DNA of 64,000 nucleotides from Gemmatimonadota bacterium (GTDB lineage Bacteria; Gemmatimonadota; Gemmatimonadetes; Longimicrobiales; Gaopeijiaceae). Positions 1-10,243 of this stretch are shown in pieces; positions within the stretch are counted from its first letter, which is position 1, and each line of letters begins with the position of its first letter. The position numbers and the translations under genes were made by a program. Below the pieces are notes generated by a model. The model saw nothing but the letters and a program-made list of their open reading frames with translations. It ran no database searches and was not told the DNA's origin. The DNA lies in assembly GCA_034521595.1 (NCBI GenBank), contig JAXHMG010000003.1:1632001-1696000 (forward strand), written 5' to 3'.

Positions 1-108
1 CCGACGTTCTCGGATGGAGGTCAGTCGTTCATGCCGGGCACCGCCGAAGATCTCCTGAGTCCCGAGGAGATCGACCATCTGGTCGCCTACCTCACGACCC
101 TCCGCTGA
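1..108 (+). CDS. norC: 3' end of cytochrome c subunit of NO reductase (NorC-like), partial
   Basis: Frame 1 reads PTFSDGGQSFMPGTAEDLLSPEEIDHLVAYLTTLR*, a class I cytochrome c C-terminus (axial Met-Pro, final helix), 14 bp upstream of norB. Confidence 0.7.
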   Translation, partial: PTFSDGGQSFMPGTAEDLLSPEEIDHLVAYLTTLR

Positions 109-122
109 CACGGGCCGCCGCC

Positions 123-1487
123 ATGCGCTTTCGCTCCCAGTTCATCGCGTACCCTTATTTCGCGGTCGCGCTGATCCTCTTCGGGCTCCAGATGGTGTTC
201 GGGATCCTGCTCGCGGTGAAATACCTCGGGCCCGACCCGATGATCTCGTGGATGCCGTTCAACACGGCCAAGGCGATCCACACGAACCTTCTGATCGTGT
301 GGGTCCTGGCGGGCTTCATGGGCGCCGCGTACTACGTCGTGCCCGAGGAGTCACGGACGGAGATCTACAGCGTCAAGCTGGCCTACATCCAGCTCATCGC
401 GTGGACGCTGATGGGGCTCACCGCGGTCATCGGGTACATGTTCGAGTGGACGGCCGGGAACAAGTTTCTCGAGCAACCGTTCCCGCTCAAGATCGTGATC
501 GTGATCGTCATGCTGATGTTCCTCTTCAACATCGGGATGACCATCTACAAGGCGGGCCGGTGGACGACGACGGAGGCCGTGCTCGTGGCGGGTCTGGCGC
601 TGGCGGCCATTCTCTACTTGCCGGCCCTGATCACCTACAACAACTACACCGTCAGCATCTTCTACCGCTGGTGGACCATCCACCTCTGGGTCGAGGGCGT
701 GTGGGAGATGATCCAGGCCGGCCTGTTGGCGTATCTACTCATCCGGCTCTCCGGCGCCGACCGCGAGATGATGGAGAAGTGGCTCTACGTCATCGTCGGG
801 CTCGTCTTCATCGCCGGGATCCTGGGCACGGCGCACCACTACTACTGGATCGGAGTCCCGGCCTACTGGCTGCCGGTGGGCGGCATCTTCAGCGCGCTCG
901 AGCCCCTGGCGCTCTTCGGCATGGCCATGTACGCGTACTACGCCATGCGACGGTCGGGCTTCAACCATCCGAACCAGCTCGCGCTCCACTGGACCATCGG
1001 CAGCGCGATCTTCACGGCGTTCGGCGCAGGGCTGCTCGGTCTCGCCCACACGTGGCCCGCCGTGAACAAGTGGACGCACGGCACGCTCATCACTCCGATG
1101 CACGGCCACTCGGCCTTCTTCGGGGCCTACGTGATGATCGTGCTGGCGATCGTGACCTACGCGAAGCCCCACCTGATGGGACGCAAGAGCGAGGAGGCGG
1201 AGACCAGCCTGGGAATGTGGGCATTCTGGCTGCAGGTGGGCGGGATGTTCGGGATGACGCTCGCCTTCGCGACGGCCGGCATCACGCAGACCTACCTGGA
1301 GCGGGTGCTCGGGCTCGGGTATCTCGAGACCCAGTACAAGATCCAGCCGCATTTCCTCATGCTGGTCGGCACGGGCATTATCTTCACCGCGGGCGTCGCG
1401 GCCTTCATCGTCGATTTCTTCCAAGACCGGCCCGTCCCGCCGAGCGGGGAAGCAGCCACCTCCGGAGGTGAGCCGGAGGCGTCGTGA
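123..1487 (+). CDS. norB: Nitric oxide reductase large subunit (cNOR, heme-copper oxidase superfamily)
   Basis: Polytopic membrane protein with [23 protein letters not shown] and HGH motifs; followed by norQ and norD. Confidence 0.95.
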   Translation: MRFRSQFIAYPYFAVALILFGLQMVFGILLAVKYLGPDPMISWMPFNTAKAIHTNLLIVWVLAGFMGAAYYVVPEESRTEIYSVKLAYIQLIAWTLMGLTAVIGYMFEWTAGNKFLEQPFPLKIVIVIVMLMFLFNIGMTIYKAGRWTTTEAVLVAGLALAAILYLPALITYNNYTVSIFYRWWTIHLWVEGVWEMIQAGLLAYLLIRLSGADREMMEKWLYVIVGLVFIAGILGTAHHYYWIGVPAYWLPVGGIFSALEPLALFGMAMYAYYAMRRSGFNHPNQLALHWTIGSAIFTAFGAGLLGLAHTWPAVNKWTHGTLITPMHGHSAFFGAYVMIVLAIVTYAKPHLMGRKSEEAETSLGMWAFWLQVGGMFGMTLAFATAGITQTYLERVLGLGYLETQYKIQPHFLMLVGTGIIFTAGVAAFIVDFFQDRPVPPSGEAATSGGEPEAS

Positions 1488-2320
1488 GCATGTCGGTGAA
1501 GGAGCCTCCGGCCGAGCCGTCGTTCGGAGGGCTGCGCACCCCGGTGGAGGAGCCGTTCTACCTGCCGGCGGGCAACGAGGTGGATGTTTTCGAGATGTGC
1601 CACCACCGCAACCTCGCCGTCATGCTGAAGGGACCCACGGGGTGCGGGAAGACGCGGTTCGTCGAGCACATGGCCTGGCGGCTCGGCCGGCCCCTCGTGA
1701 CCGTCGCCTGCCACGACGACCTCTCGGCGAGCGATCTCACGGGGCGTTACCTCATCCGGGGCGGCGAGACGATCTGGCAGGACGGACCGCTGGCACTCGC
1801 GGCGCGTCACGGCGCGATCTGCTATCTGGACGAGGTGGTGGAGGCCCGGCAGGACACCGTGGTCGTGATCCATCCGCTCACCGACGACCGCCGCATCCTC
1901 CCGGTCGACAAAGCCGGCGAGCTCATCGAAGCGGCGGACGGGTTCCAGCTCGTCGTTTCGTACAATCCGGGCTACCAGCACGTGCTCAAGGACCTCAAGC
2001 CCAGCACCCGCCAGCGGTTCGTCGCCTTGGAGTTCGACTTCCCGACATCCGATCACGAGATCGACATCGTGACGCACGAAGCGGGCGTGGAGCGCTCGAC
2101 CGCCACGGAGCTCGTGATGCTCGCCGGACGCCTGCGAAACTTGCGGGACCGAGGGCTCGCCGAGGTCCCGAGCACGCGTCTCCTCGTGGCGACCGGCCGG
2201 CTGATTTCGAGTGGGCTCACACCCCGGGCAGCCTGCGAGGTCGCCCTGATGACGCCGCTCACGGACGATCCCGACCTCCTCGCCGCGATTCGGGACCTGC
2301 TGACGGCCTCCTTCGCCTGA
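1484..2320 (+). CDS. norQ: CbbQ/NirQ/NorQ family AAA+ ATPase
   Basis: Walker [31 protein letters not shown]; overlaps the norB stop (alternative ATG at 1490). Confidence 0.95.
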   Translation: MSMSVKEPPAEPSFGGLRTPVEEPFYLPAGNEVDVFEMCHHRNLAVMLKGPTGCGKTRFVEHMAWRLGRPLVTVACHDDLSASDLTGRYLIRGGETIWQDGPLALAARHGAICYLDEVVEARQDTVVVIHPLTDDRRILPVDKAGELIEAADGFQLVVSYNPGYQHVLKDLKPSTRQRFVALEFDFPTSDHEIDIVTHEAGVERSTATELVMLAGRLRNLRDRGLAEVPSTRLLVATGRLISSGLTPRAACEVALMTPLTDDPDLLAAIRDLLTASFA

Positions 2321-2341
2321 CGAGGCGGAGCGCGCGAGCCG

Positions 2342-4372
2342 ATGTCGGAGCCGGAAGAGGTCATCCTCGACGGAGCACACCACGCCACGACGACGTTGGC
2401 GGCGCTGTGGCACCGGCGGTCAGGTGCGGCGGGGCCGGCGGAGCTGCACTTGGCCGAAGTCCGCGGCCGGCTCGAGCTCCTGACGCGAGCGGTGTTCGAG
2501 CATCCGCCCCCCATCGGGGTGGCCGAGCCTCCCTCGATCCCCAACTGGTTCGGACGAATCGCCAAGCGGATTCCGAAGCATCTCGTGCGACGCCATGCCG
2601 TGGCGTCCACGGACGGAGCACGGGTGCGCCTCCCCGGGACGCTGGACGCGACGGCGGGCTGGGACGCGGCCTTCACGCGCTACCGGATCTTGGCCGTCGG
2701 ACTCAGCGCGAAGGCCACCCGCGGCACGGCGGACCTTCTCGGCTCCGTCGAGGACCCGCTGACCCGTGACCTCTACCTGCTCAGCGAAGCCGCCGCGGTG
2801 GATGCGTGGATCGTGACCGATCTTCCGGGGCTTTGGGCGGATGTCACTGCCACGAAGGCGACAGCTCTCGGACGCCGGCCAACGACGGACGTCCTCACCC
2901 CGGCCGAGCGACGCCTGGAGGAGCTCCTGAGGACCGTGCTCGGAGGGGACGCCGGGGACGACACCGGGCCGGTGCCCCTGAACGCCACGCCCCGAGACTC
3001 CCTCACCTGGGCGCACACCACACGCCAGGCCTTTCTGCGTGACGCCTCCGGCGGCGACATCCGCTACCGAGGCCTTCCTCCCGTGGATGGATGGGGCACG
3101 GTCCACGCTCGCCCTCGGAGCTCGGAACGGGCGCCACCGGACGGAGGGACGGACGAGGGGCCCGAGCCGCTCGACGGAACAAGGGTGCGTACCCTCGTGC
3201 GCCGTCCACGGGTGCGCCACGCACCGGAGGACGAAGACGACGACGAGGTCGGGATGTGGATGGTGCAGATCGACGATCCCCAGGAATCCGTCGAGGACCC
3301 CATGGGGCTCCAACGCCCGACCGACCGGGACGACGAAGCGGATCCGGGTGAGCTCGCGGATTCGCTTTCCGAGCTCCCGGAAGCTCGCCTCGTCCCGCTT
3401 CCCGGCAGACCGAACGAGGTCCTCGCGAGCGAAGATCCGCCCGATCGGAACGCCACGGTGGTCGCTGCCGAGGCGGCCCCCGTCGGCATCGCCTATCCCG
3501 AGTGGGACTGGCGCACCGAACGGTACCGCCCGAAGCACGCGGTGGTGCGGGAGCGCGAGGCCCCCGCGGGCGACATCACCTGGGTCGAGCAGGCGCTGAA
3601 GCGGTACGCCCGGGAAGTGCGTCGGGTCCGCCGCCAGTTCGAGCGGCTGCGACCTCAGCGGGTCCGCCTGGGACGGCAGCCCGACGGACCGGACATCGAC
3701 CTCGGCGCGTACGTCACCGCGTACGCCGACCAGAAGGCCGGACACGCGGTGGACGATCGGCTCTACGAGCAGATTCTACCGGCCCGACGAGACCTCTCCA
3801 TTCTGTTGCTCGTGGACGTGAGCGGCTCGACCGACTCCTGGGTCGCCGACACGCGCCGCATCATCGACGTCGAGAAAGAGGCCTTGCTCCTCGTGTGCGA
3901 AGCGCTCGACGCACTCGGCGATGGATACGCGGTCATGGGCTTCTCGGGTGAAGGGCCACGTGGCGTCTCTGCGTACACGGTGAAGAGGTTCGCCGAACGG
4001 AACGGCCCCCTTGTGCGCCAACGCATCGCCGCGCTCGAGCCCGACCGCTTCACACGCGCCGGAGCCGCCATTCGACACGCGACCGCGGCGTTGACGGCCC
4101 GCTCCACCCGTCACCGGCTGCTCCTCGTCCTCTCGGACGGCAAGCCCAACGACATCGACCTCTACGAAGGTCGCTACGGGGTCGAGGACACGCGCCAAGC
4201 CGTAGCGGAGGCCCGCCTCGAAGGCATCGAAGCGTTCTGCGTGACGGTCGACCGACAAGCCCCCGTGTACCTCTCGCGAATCTTCGGCCCCTCGGGGTAC
4301 GCGGTTCTCCGGCATGCCGCGACGCTTCCCGGAGTGCTCGTGGACGTGGTGCGGATGCTGCTCCGGAGCTGA
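2342..4372 (+). CDS. norD: Nitric oxide reductase activation protein NorD (vWA domain)
   Basis: YPEWD, MIDAS DVSGS, LSDGKPND, YGVEDT motifs; follows norQ. Confidence 0.93.
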   Translation: MSEPEEVILDGAHHATTTLAALWHRRSGAAGPAELHLAEVRGRLELLTRAVFEHPPPIGVAEPPSIPNWFGRIAKRIPKHLVRRHAVASTDGARVRLPGTLDATAGWDAAFTRYRILAVGLSAKATRGTADLLGSVEDPLTRDLYLLSEAAAVDAWIVTDLPGLWADVTATKATALGRRPTTDVLTPAERRLEELLRTVLGGDAGDDTGPVPLNATPRDSLTWAHTTRQAFLRDASGGDIRYRGLPPVDGWGTVHARPRSSERAPPDGGTDEGPEPLDGTRVRTLVRRPRVRHAPEDEDDDEVGMWMVQIDDPQESVEDPMGLQRPTDRDDEADPGELADSLSELPEARLVPLPGRPNEVLASEDPPDRNATVVAAEAAPVGIAYPEWDWRTERYRPKHAVVREREAPAGDITWVEQALKRYAREVRRVRRQFERLRPQRVRLGRQPDGPDIDLGAYVTAYADQKAGHAVDDRLYEQILPARRDLSILLLVDVSGSTDSWVADTRRIIDVEKEALLLVCEALDALGDGYAVMGFSGEGPRGVSAYTVKRFAERNGPLVRQRIAALEPDRFTRAGAAIRHATAALTARSTRHRLLLVLSDGKPNDIDLYEGRYGVEDTRQAVAEARLEGIEAFCVTVDRQAPVYLSRIFGPSGYAVLRHAATLPGVLVDVVRMLLRS

Positions 4373-4461
4373 GGCGGGGCGCGCATAAAAGCATCCAGCT
4401 TCTTACATTTCCCGATGCTCGCCTTGACCCGACGTTTCCCCTCTCCTCGAGGAGGCACACC

Positions 4462-4953
4462 ATGGACAAGCCCATCCAGGACGCCATCAACGAACAGATC
4501 GCCGCGGAGCTCCATTCTTCGTACCTGTACCTGGCGATGTCCGCGCACTTCATGGAGCAGAACTACAACGGCTTCGGCCAATGGATGCGGGCCCAGGCCG
4601 AAGAGGAGCTTCAGCACGCGATGCGGCTCTACGAGTATCTCCTCGACCGGGGCGGGCACGTGAAGCTGGGCGCCGTCCAGGCTCCCCCGGAGGAGTTCGG
4701 GACACCGCTCGAGATCTTCGAGGCGACGCTCGCACACGAGCGTGAAGTCACAGCCAGCATCCACGCCATCTACGAGTTGGCGCGGGAGCACAAGGACTTC
4801 GCCACCGAGATCGAGCTCCAGTGGTTCGTGACCGAGCAGGTCGAGGAAGAAGACACCACCGAGTTGGCGGTCGAGCAATTGGCTCGCGCCGGGTCGGACG
4901 TCTCGGCGCTGCTGATGCTCGACCGCCAGTTCGGACAGCGTGAAGGCTCCTAG
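4462..4953 (+). CDS. ftnA: Non-heme ferritin
   Basis: Ferroxidase residues in ELHSSYLY, EEELQHAM, HEREVT, EQVEEE; GGAGG ribosome-binding site. Confidence 0.92.
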   Translation: MDKPIQDAINEQIAAELHSSYLYLAMSAHFMEQNYNGFGQWMRAQAEEELQHAMRLYEYLLDRGGHVKLGAVQAPPEEFGTPLEIFEATLAHEREVTASIHAIYELAREHKDFATEIELQWFVTEQVEEEDTTELAVEQLARAGSDVSALLMLDRQFGQREGS

Positions 4954-4962
4954 CAGCCCCCG

Positions 4963-5664
4963 ATGCCCTCCGCGTGCGTCCCCCGCATCACCCGAGCCGA
5001 GCCGCTCGGGACCCGCGGGCTCCGCGTCCGGGTCCACCTCGATCGGGGGGAAGCGTTCGAGGTGGCGCTGGAGGCCGTGGAGCGCACGGGCCTCGGCGTC
5101 GGCGACGACCTCCCCCCGGCGCGACATCGCGAGCTCCTGGACGTCGACGCCGACGTCCGCATCCGTGAGGCGGCGCTCAACCTCATCTCCTACAGGGCTC
5201 GAGGCCGGGTCGAGTTGGAGCGGAAGCTGCGGCGAAAGGGCTTCGGCCCGGAACGAGTGGAGGGGTGTGTAGCCCGGCTCGAGGAGCGCGGTCTCGTCGA
5301 CGACGCAGCCGTCGCGGCCGCCTTCGTACGGGACCGGCTCCGTCACCGACCGAAAGGACGGGTTCAACTCACTTCCGAGCTCCGGGCGAAGGGAATCGCC
5401 GCTGAAACCGCCGAGGACGTGGTGCACGAGGTCTTCGAGGCGGAAGAAACCACCGACAGCGTACTCGCCGCGGAAGTGGCCGAAGGTTGGGTGGCGCGTC
5501 AGAACCCGGACTTGCTGAGATCGCTCGTGGACGAGGAGTGGACACGAGACCGGGAGCGGGCTGAGCGCCGCCTGCGAAGCTACCTCGGCCGACGAGGCTT
5601 CCGCGGCGACGCGCTTCGGTTGGGCCTGGAGCGAGCGCGGGAGGCGGCCGAAGAGCGCGCCTGA
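4963..5664 (+). CDS. recX: Regulatory protein RecX
   Basis: ALNLISYRAR..ELERKL, LVDDAA, ELRAKGI, YLGRRGF three-helix repeats. Confidence 0.88.
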   Translation: MPSACVPRITRAEPLGTRGLRVRVHLDRGEAFEVALEAVERTGLGVGDDLPPARHRELLDVDADVRIREAALNLISYRARGRVELERKLRRKGFGPERVEGCVARLEERGLVDDAAVAAAFVRDRLRHRPKGRVQLTSELRAKGIAAETAEDVVHEVFEAEETTDSVLAAEVAEGWVARQNPDLLRSLVDEEWTRDRERAERRLRSYLGRRGFRGDALRLGLERAREAAEERA

Positions 5665-5685
5665 GCCGCATCCTACTACGAGCTG

Positions 5686-6813
5686 CTACCCCAAGAGCGC
5701 CAGAAACACGCCGGCGGTCACGGCCGATCCGACGACTCCGGCCACGTTGGGGCCCATCGCCGGCATGAGCGGATTCACCCGCCCGTCGGTTTCCCCGGAA
5801 ACGAACTGCTGGACGACCCGGGCCGACATGGGGACGGCAGAGACGCCGGCCGCACCGATGCAGGGGTTGATCCGCCGCCCATCCGGAAGCAGGACGTTGA
5901 GTAACTTGGCGAGAAGGATCCCGCCGGCGGTGCTGAAGGCGAACGCGACGGCACCGAGTGCGAGGATCATGAGGGTTTGAACGGTCAGAAAGTTCTCGGC
6001 CCCCATCGTCCCGCCCACCACCAGGCCGAGGAGGATCGTGACGATGTCGATCATGGGCCCGCCCGCGGTCTTCTTGAGCCGCTCGGTCACTCCGGATTCC
6101 CGGATCAGGTTCCCGAACATGAGAAGCCCGAGCAACGGAGCGCTCGAGGGCACGGCGAGCGATGCGACGATCCCTGTCACGACAGGAAATAGAATGACCG
6201 TGGCCTTCGACACCGGCCGCGCTTGGGGCATGTCGATGGCACGCTCCGCTTTCGTCGTCAGACCGCGCATGATGGGCGGCTGAATGATCGGGACCAACGA
6301 CATGTAGCTGTATGCCGCCACGGCCACCGGGCCGAGGAGGTGGGGCGCGAGTTGGATGGTGATGAAGATGGAAGTGGGGCCGTCGGCCCCGCCGATGATC
6401 CCGATCGACGCGGCCTCCTGGACCGAGAAGCCGAAGAGGTGGAACGCGGAGAGCGCGGCCACGAAGATCCCGACCTGGGCCGCCGCTCCCAACAGGAAGG
6501 TGAGCGGACGGGCCAGCAGGGGCCTGAAGTCGGTGAGGACGCCGACGCCCAAGAAGATCAAGGGCGGGAGCAACTCCGTACGGATCCCGGCGTCGTAGAT
6601 GACGCCCATGATGCCGTCCGCGTACGAGCCCATCTCGGCCTCGGGCAGGTTCGCCAAGACCGCCCCGAAGCCGATCGGGATCAGGAGGAGCGGCTCGTAG
6701 TTTCGGGTCACGGCCAGATAGATGAGGATTCCGGCCACAGCGAACATGGCGAGATTGCCGAACGTGATGCCCGCCAGCCCCGACTGAGCGAAAAGCTCGA
6801 ACAGGATCTCCAT
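5686..6813 (-). CDS. oadB: Na+-translocating decarboxylase beta subunit
   Basis: YEPLLLIPIGFG, IGIIGGADGPT, AAYSYM, GVSAVPMSARV, AMGPNVAG motifs. Confidence 0.95.
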   Translation of the reverse strand: MEILFELFAQSGLAGITFGNLAMFAVAGILIYLAVTRNYEPLLLIPIGFGAVLANLPEAEMGSYADGIMGVIYDAGIRTELLPPLIFLGVGVLTDFRPLLARPLTFLLGAAAQVGIFVAALSAFHLFGFSVQEAASIGIIGGADGPTSIFITIQLAPHLLGPVAVAAYSYMSLVPIIQPPIMRGLTTKAERAIDMPQARPVSKATVILFPVVTGIVASLAVPSSAPLLGLLMFGNLIRESGVTERLKKTAGGPMIDIVTILLGLVVGGTMGAENFLTVQTLMILALGAVAFAFSTAGGILLAKLLNVLLPDGRRINPCIGAAGVSAVPMSARVVQQFVSGETDGRVNPLMPAMGPNVAGVVGSAVTAGVFLALLG

Positions 6814-6824
6814 CCGGAGCGCTT

Positions 6825-8681
6825 CTAACCCACGGTGAGGATCGGTGTCGTGCTATCGATCTCGTCACCGGCGGTGGCGTGCACGGCCGTCACCGTTCCC
6901 GCCCGCGGCGACCGGATCTCGTGGGTGGCCTTCATCGCCTCGACCATCGCGATCACGTCACCTTCGCGGACGGCGTCGCCCGGGGCGACCTTGATGTCCA
7001 CGACCTCGACGGCGCCGGCGAATGTCGAGTAGACCGCGGTGCCGCCCACGGAGCCTTCCGGTTCATTGACCGTCGCACCGGCCTCACCCATTCCCCCACC
7101 AACCTCCGCGACGGGCTCCAGAGTCACGGTGAACGTCCGGGTCGTGCCTCCCTCCTCAACGGTACACCGTGTCGTGAAGGGCCCGGTGGTCGCGGGAGCC
7201 GCGTCCGTGGCCACCCCGCGGACCGGCTCGCCCTCCACTTCCTCGTCCCCGTCTTTCTTCAACGGGATGTCGATCTTCGAGGTTCCCGTGAGGAGCCGGA
7301 TTCCCTCGTTTCCGTCCATGCGCTTGCCCGACACCATGGCTGCCAGAACGAGAAAGATGTTCTCGTCCGTGGTCGGAAGCTCACGCGCTTCGAGCGCTTG
7401 GCGCGCCTCGGGGATATTGTTCGGAGCGGCGTCGAGCGGATCGCCCTCGAACGGCTCGAGTCCGAGTTGCTCGGATGCGCGCTCGACCACGTCCGAGTCC
7501 GGAGGTAGCGGCGTGCGTCCGAAATACCCGAGCACGGCCTTCCCGTATCCGGCGTCGATCCGCTCCCAGCGGCCGTAGAGCACGTTGTTGAACGCCTGGA
7601 GCCAATACTGCTGGCTTCCGGGGGTCACGCTGGTCCATGCGCCGCCGGCCTTCACCACGACCGGAAACTCGGCCAGGACCTCGCCGTATCGCTCGAGGAT
7701 GCCGGCCTTCGCCATCATGTGCACGTTCGGTCCGATGGCACCGCCGGGCATGGGAAAGCCGAGCACCCGCGCATCCGGGGTGGTCGTGGTCGGGTTGAAC
7801 TGATAGTCGGACAGCCCCTCCTCGAGCATCGCCTCGACCTCCGGCAGACCGGACACGTCGAGATCGAGCGTGTACCCTGTCCCCTTCAAGGCGTGGGCGA
7901 GGGCGCGCCCATCCGGCTGCGCCGTGCCCCCGGCAAGCGGGCGTACAGCGAGGTCCACGCCGTCCACACCACCGTGTATCGCAGCCATGTAGCAGGCCAC
8001 CCCCGTGGACGCGGTGTCGTGCGTATGCATCCACAGCGGCATCTCCGGTGGCATGATCTTCTTCAGCCCCTGAGCGGTACGGTAGACCGTCACGGGATCG
8101 GTGGTGCCGCTCGCATCCTTGAGGCAGATGCTGTCGACCCGCATCCCGCTCTCCAGGATCTGCCGCCCGATGTCGATGTAGAACTCGGACGTATGCACCC
8201 GATCGGAATCGAACGGGAGCCCCATGAGCGCGATCACCACCTGGTGATGCATCCCGGCGTCGACGATGGGCTGGCCCGTCCGGACGAGGTTCCGGACATC
8301 GTTCATGTAGTCGAAGTTCCGATCCCACGTCGTGCCGGCCGCAGCCATGAGACGCCCCTGGAGCTCGAGCGCTTCGGGAGATTGCGTCGTTAACGTCACC
8401 CCCGAAACCGAACGGGTGAGGATCTGGAGATCGACCTCCGACCCGACCGCCTCGCGCATCCTGCGCATGTTCTCGAAGGGGTTGCGCCCGAGATAGAAGA
8501 GCGGCGCCTGGAAGAGGGCCCCACCTCCGAACTCGAAGTGGCGAATCCCGAGCTCCGCAGACTTCTCCATGGCCGGAAGGACGTCCTCGAGACGCACTTT
8601 TCCGCCGAACGTGCTCTGCAGACCGTCTCGAAACGGGGTGAACATCACCCGGATGCGTCTCGGAGTATCGGTGAAGATCAT
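6825..8681 (-). CDS. oadA: Oxaloacetate decarboxylase alpha / PycB-type carboxyltransferase with biotin carrier domain
   Basis: FRDGLQS, KDASG, HTHDT, SVTPGSQ and EAMK biotinylation motif; ATG at 8681 overlaps the oadG stop. Confidence 0.9.
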   Translation of the reverse strand: MIFTDTPRRIRVMFTPFRDGLQSTFGGKVRLEDVLPAMEKSAELGIRHFEFGGGALFQAPLFYLGRNPFENMRRMREAVGSEVDLQILTRSVSGVTLTTQSPEALELQGRLMAAAGTTWDRNFDYMNDVRNLVRTGQPIVDAGMHHQVVIALMGLPFDSDRVHTSEFYIDIGRQILESGMRVDSICLKDASGTTDPVTVYRTAQGLKKIMPPEMPLWMHTHDTASTGVACYMAAIHGGVDGVDLAVRPLAGGTAQPDGRALAHALKGTGYTLDLDVSGLPEVEAMLEEGLSDYQFNPTTTTPDARVLGFPMPGGAIGPNVHMMAKAGILERYGEVLAEFPVVVKAGGAWTSVTPGSQQYWLQAFNNVLYGRWERIDAGYGKAVLGYFGRTPLPPDSDVVERASEQLGLEPFEGDPLDAAPNNIPEARQALEARELPTTDENIFLVLAAMVSGKRMDGNEGIRLLTGTSKIDIPLKKDGDEEVEGEPVRGVATDAAPATTGPFTTRCTVEEGGTTRTFTVTLEPVAEVGGGMGEAGATVNEPEGSVGGTAVYSTFAGAVEVVDIKVAPGDAVREGDVIAMVEAMKATHEIRSPRAGTVTAVHATAGDEIDSTTPILTVG

Positions 8682-8887
8682 CGCGATTCCCGAATGCTGG
8701 TAACGCGTGTGCCCGGATGCGCACGGGCCGCGACCGCAGTGATCGCCGCGACCAGGGCGGAATCCCGCTCCTCCACGTAGGGGAACACGGCCGTCAGGAG
8801 CCGGATTAGGCCGGCGAGAACGGAAAGTAGCGTCAGCACGGCGGCGAAGGCCGCGACACATACGATCAGCAGGCTCGGTTCGGTCAC
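8678..8887 (-). CDS. oadG: Decarboxylase gamma/delta-type small membrane subunit
   Basis: Single TM helix then ALVAAITAVA; GTG start; directly upstream of oadA. Confidence 0.7.
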   Translation of the reverse strand: MTEPSLLIVCVAAFAAVLTLLSVLAGLIRLLTAVFPYVEERDSALVAAITAVAARAHPGTRVTSIRESR

Positions 8888-8985
8888 GTGGCGTATATAG
8901 TAGGAGGACCGCCGGACGGGCAAGCCGTCAATATGGTCCGTCGGTCCGTGCGGGCCAAATCCCTCGCCTTTAATCCGAGTGATCC

Positions 8986-10230
8986 ATGCAAGAACGACGA
9001 GTAAGCTTCAACGGAGCCCACGGAGACATTCTGAGCGCCCGGCTCTCGAATCCGCCGGACGGCCGGATCCGTGCCTGCGCGCTCTTCGCGCACTGCTTCA
9101 CGTGCTCGAAGGACCTCAAGCCCGTCAAGCACATCACCCGAGCCCTCACCCAAGCGGGCATCGCGGTGCTTCGGTTCGACTTCACCGGGCTCGGGGAGAG
9201 TGAGGGCGACTTCCGGGACACCACCTTCTCGTCCAACATCGAGGACCTCTTGGCCGCGGCCGAATACATGGAGCAGGAGCTCGATGGCCCGGCTATTCTG
9301 CTGGGCCATTCCCTGGGTGGCGCCGCGATGCTCCATGCCGCCGGCCGTATCGAATCCTCACGCGCGGTCGCCACGATCGGCGCACCCTTCGACCCGGCAC
9401 ACGTCACCCACACCTTCGGGGACAAGCTCTCGGAGATCGAGGAGGAAGGCGATGCCGAGGTCAGGATCGCCGGTCGCTCGTTCACGGTGGAGCGAAAGTT
9501 CCTTCGAGACATCGAGGGTCATCGCACCGAGCAGGCGTTGGCGACGCTGAACAAGCCCGTCCTCTTCTTCCATTCTCCCGTGGACGAGGTGGTCGGGATC
9601 GAAAACGCCGCGAAACTCTATACCGCCGCCCGGCACCCGAAGAGCTTCGTCTCACTCGACGATGCGGGCCACTTGCTTCTGGACGAGCACGACGCGCGGT
9701 ACGTGGGCGACGTGCTGGCCGCGTGGGCGAGCCGATATGTCGAGGCGCGGGAGACAGACCGGCCCTCCGAGGACACACGGGCCGCCTCCGCACCCTCGGA
9801 CGACCGCGTCTCGGCACGCACCGGCGACGAAGGGTACGTTACCGAGATCCTCGCGAGTGGACACGCGCTATTGGCCGACGAGCCGGCAGCTGCGGGCGGA
9901 ACGGACCTCGGGCCGAACCCTTACGACCTCCTCTCCGCAGCCCTCGGCGCCTGCACGACGATGACGCTCCGGATGTACGCGCAGCGCAAGGGATGGCCGC
10001 TCGAGGAGGCGTCCGTACGCCTGCGCCATCGTAAGATCCACCAGCAGGACGAAGAAGCGTGCGCGGATCGCGAAGCGCGCATGGACAGGATCGAGCGCGA
10101 GGTGAGACTGGTCGGCCCGCTCGACGAAGAGCAGCGGGCGCGCCTCATGGAGATCGCGGATCGGTGTCCGGTCCACCGCACCCTCGGCGCCGGCGTGGTG
10201 ATCGAGACCCGGGAAAGCGGGGATTCGTAA
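8986..10230 (+). CDS. Bifunctional alpha/beta hydrolase-OsmC family protein
   Basis: AHCFTC, GHSLGG nucleophile elbow; C-terminal OsmC domain (LGACT...ADRCPVHRTL). Confidence 0.92.
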   Translation: MQERRVSFNGAHGDILSARLSNPPDGRIRACALFAHCFTCSKDLKPVKHITRALTQAGIAVLRFDFTGLGESEGDFRDTTFSSNIEDLLAAAEYMEQELDGPAILLGHSLGGAAMLHAAGRIESSRAVATIGAPFDPAHVTHTFGDKLSEIEEEGDAEVRIAGRSFTVERKFLRDIEGHRTEQALATLNKPVLFFHSPVDEVVGIENAAKLYTAARHPKSFVSLDDAGHLLLDEHDARYVGDVLAAWASRYVEARETDRPSEDTRAASAPSDDRVSARTGDEGYVTEILASGHALLADEPAAAGGTDLGPNPYDLLSAALGACTTMTLRMYAQRKGWPLEEASVRLRHRKIHQQDEEACADREARMDRIEREVRLVGPLDEEQRARLMEIADRCPVHRTLGAGVVIETRESGDS

Positions 10231-10243
10231 CGGCCAGAAGGAG

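Noticed and set aside
6825..8861. Extended 678-aa start for oadA (and similar extended starts for gltA, acnA, icd, dnaE2)
   Set aside because: Extensions overlap oadG, the tRNA or promoter regions; shorter starts fit RBS position, coupling and family N-termini
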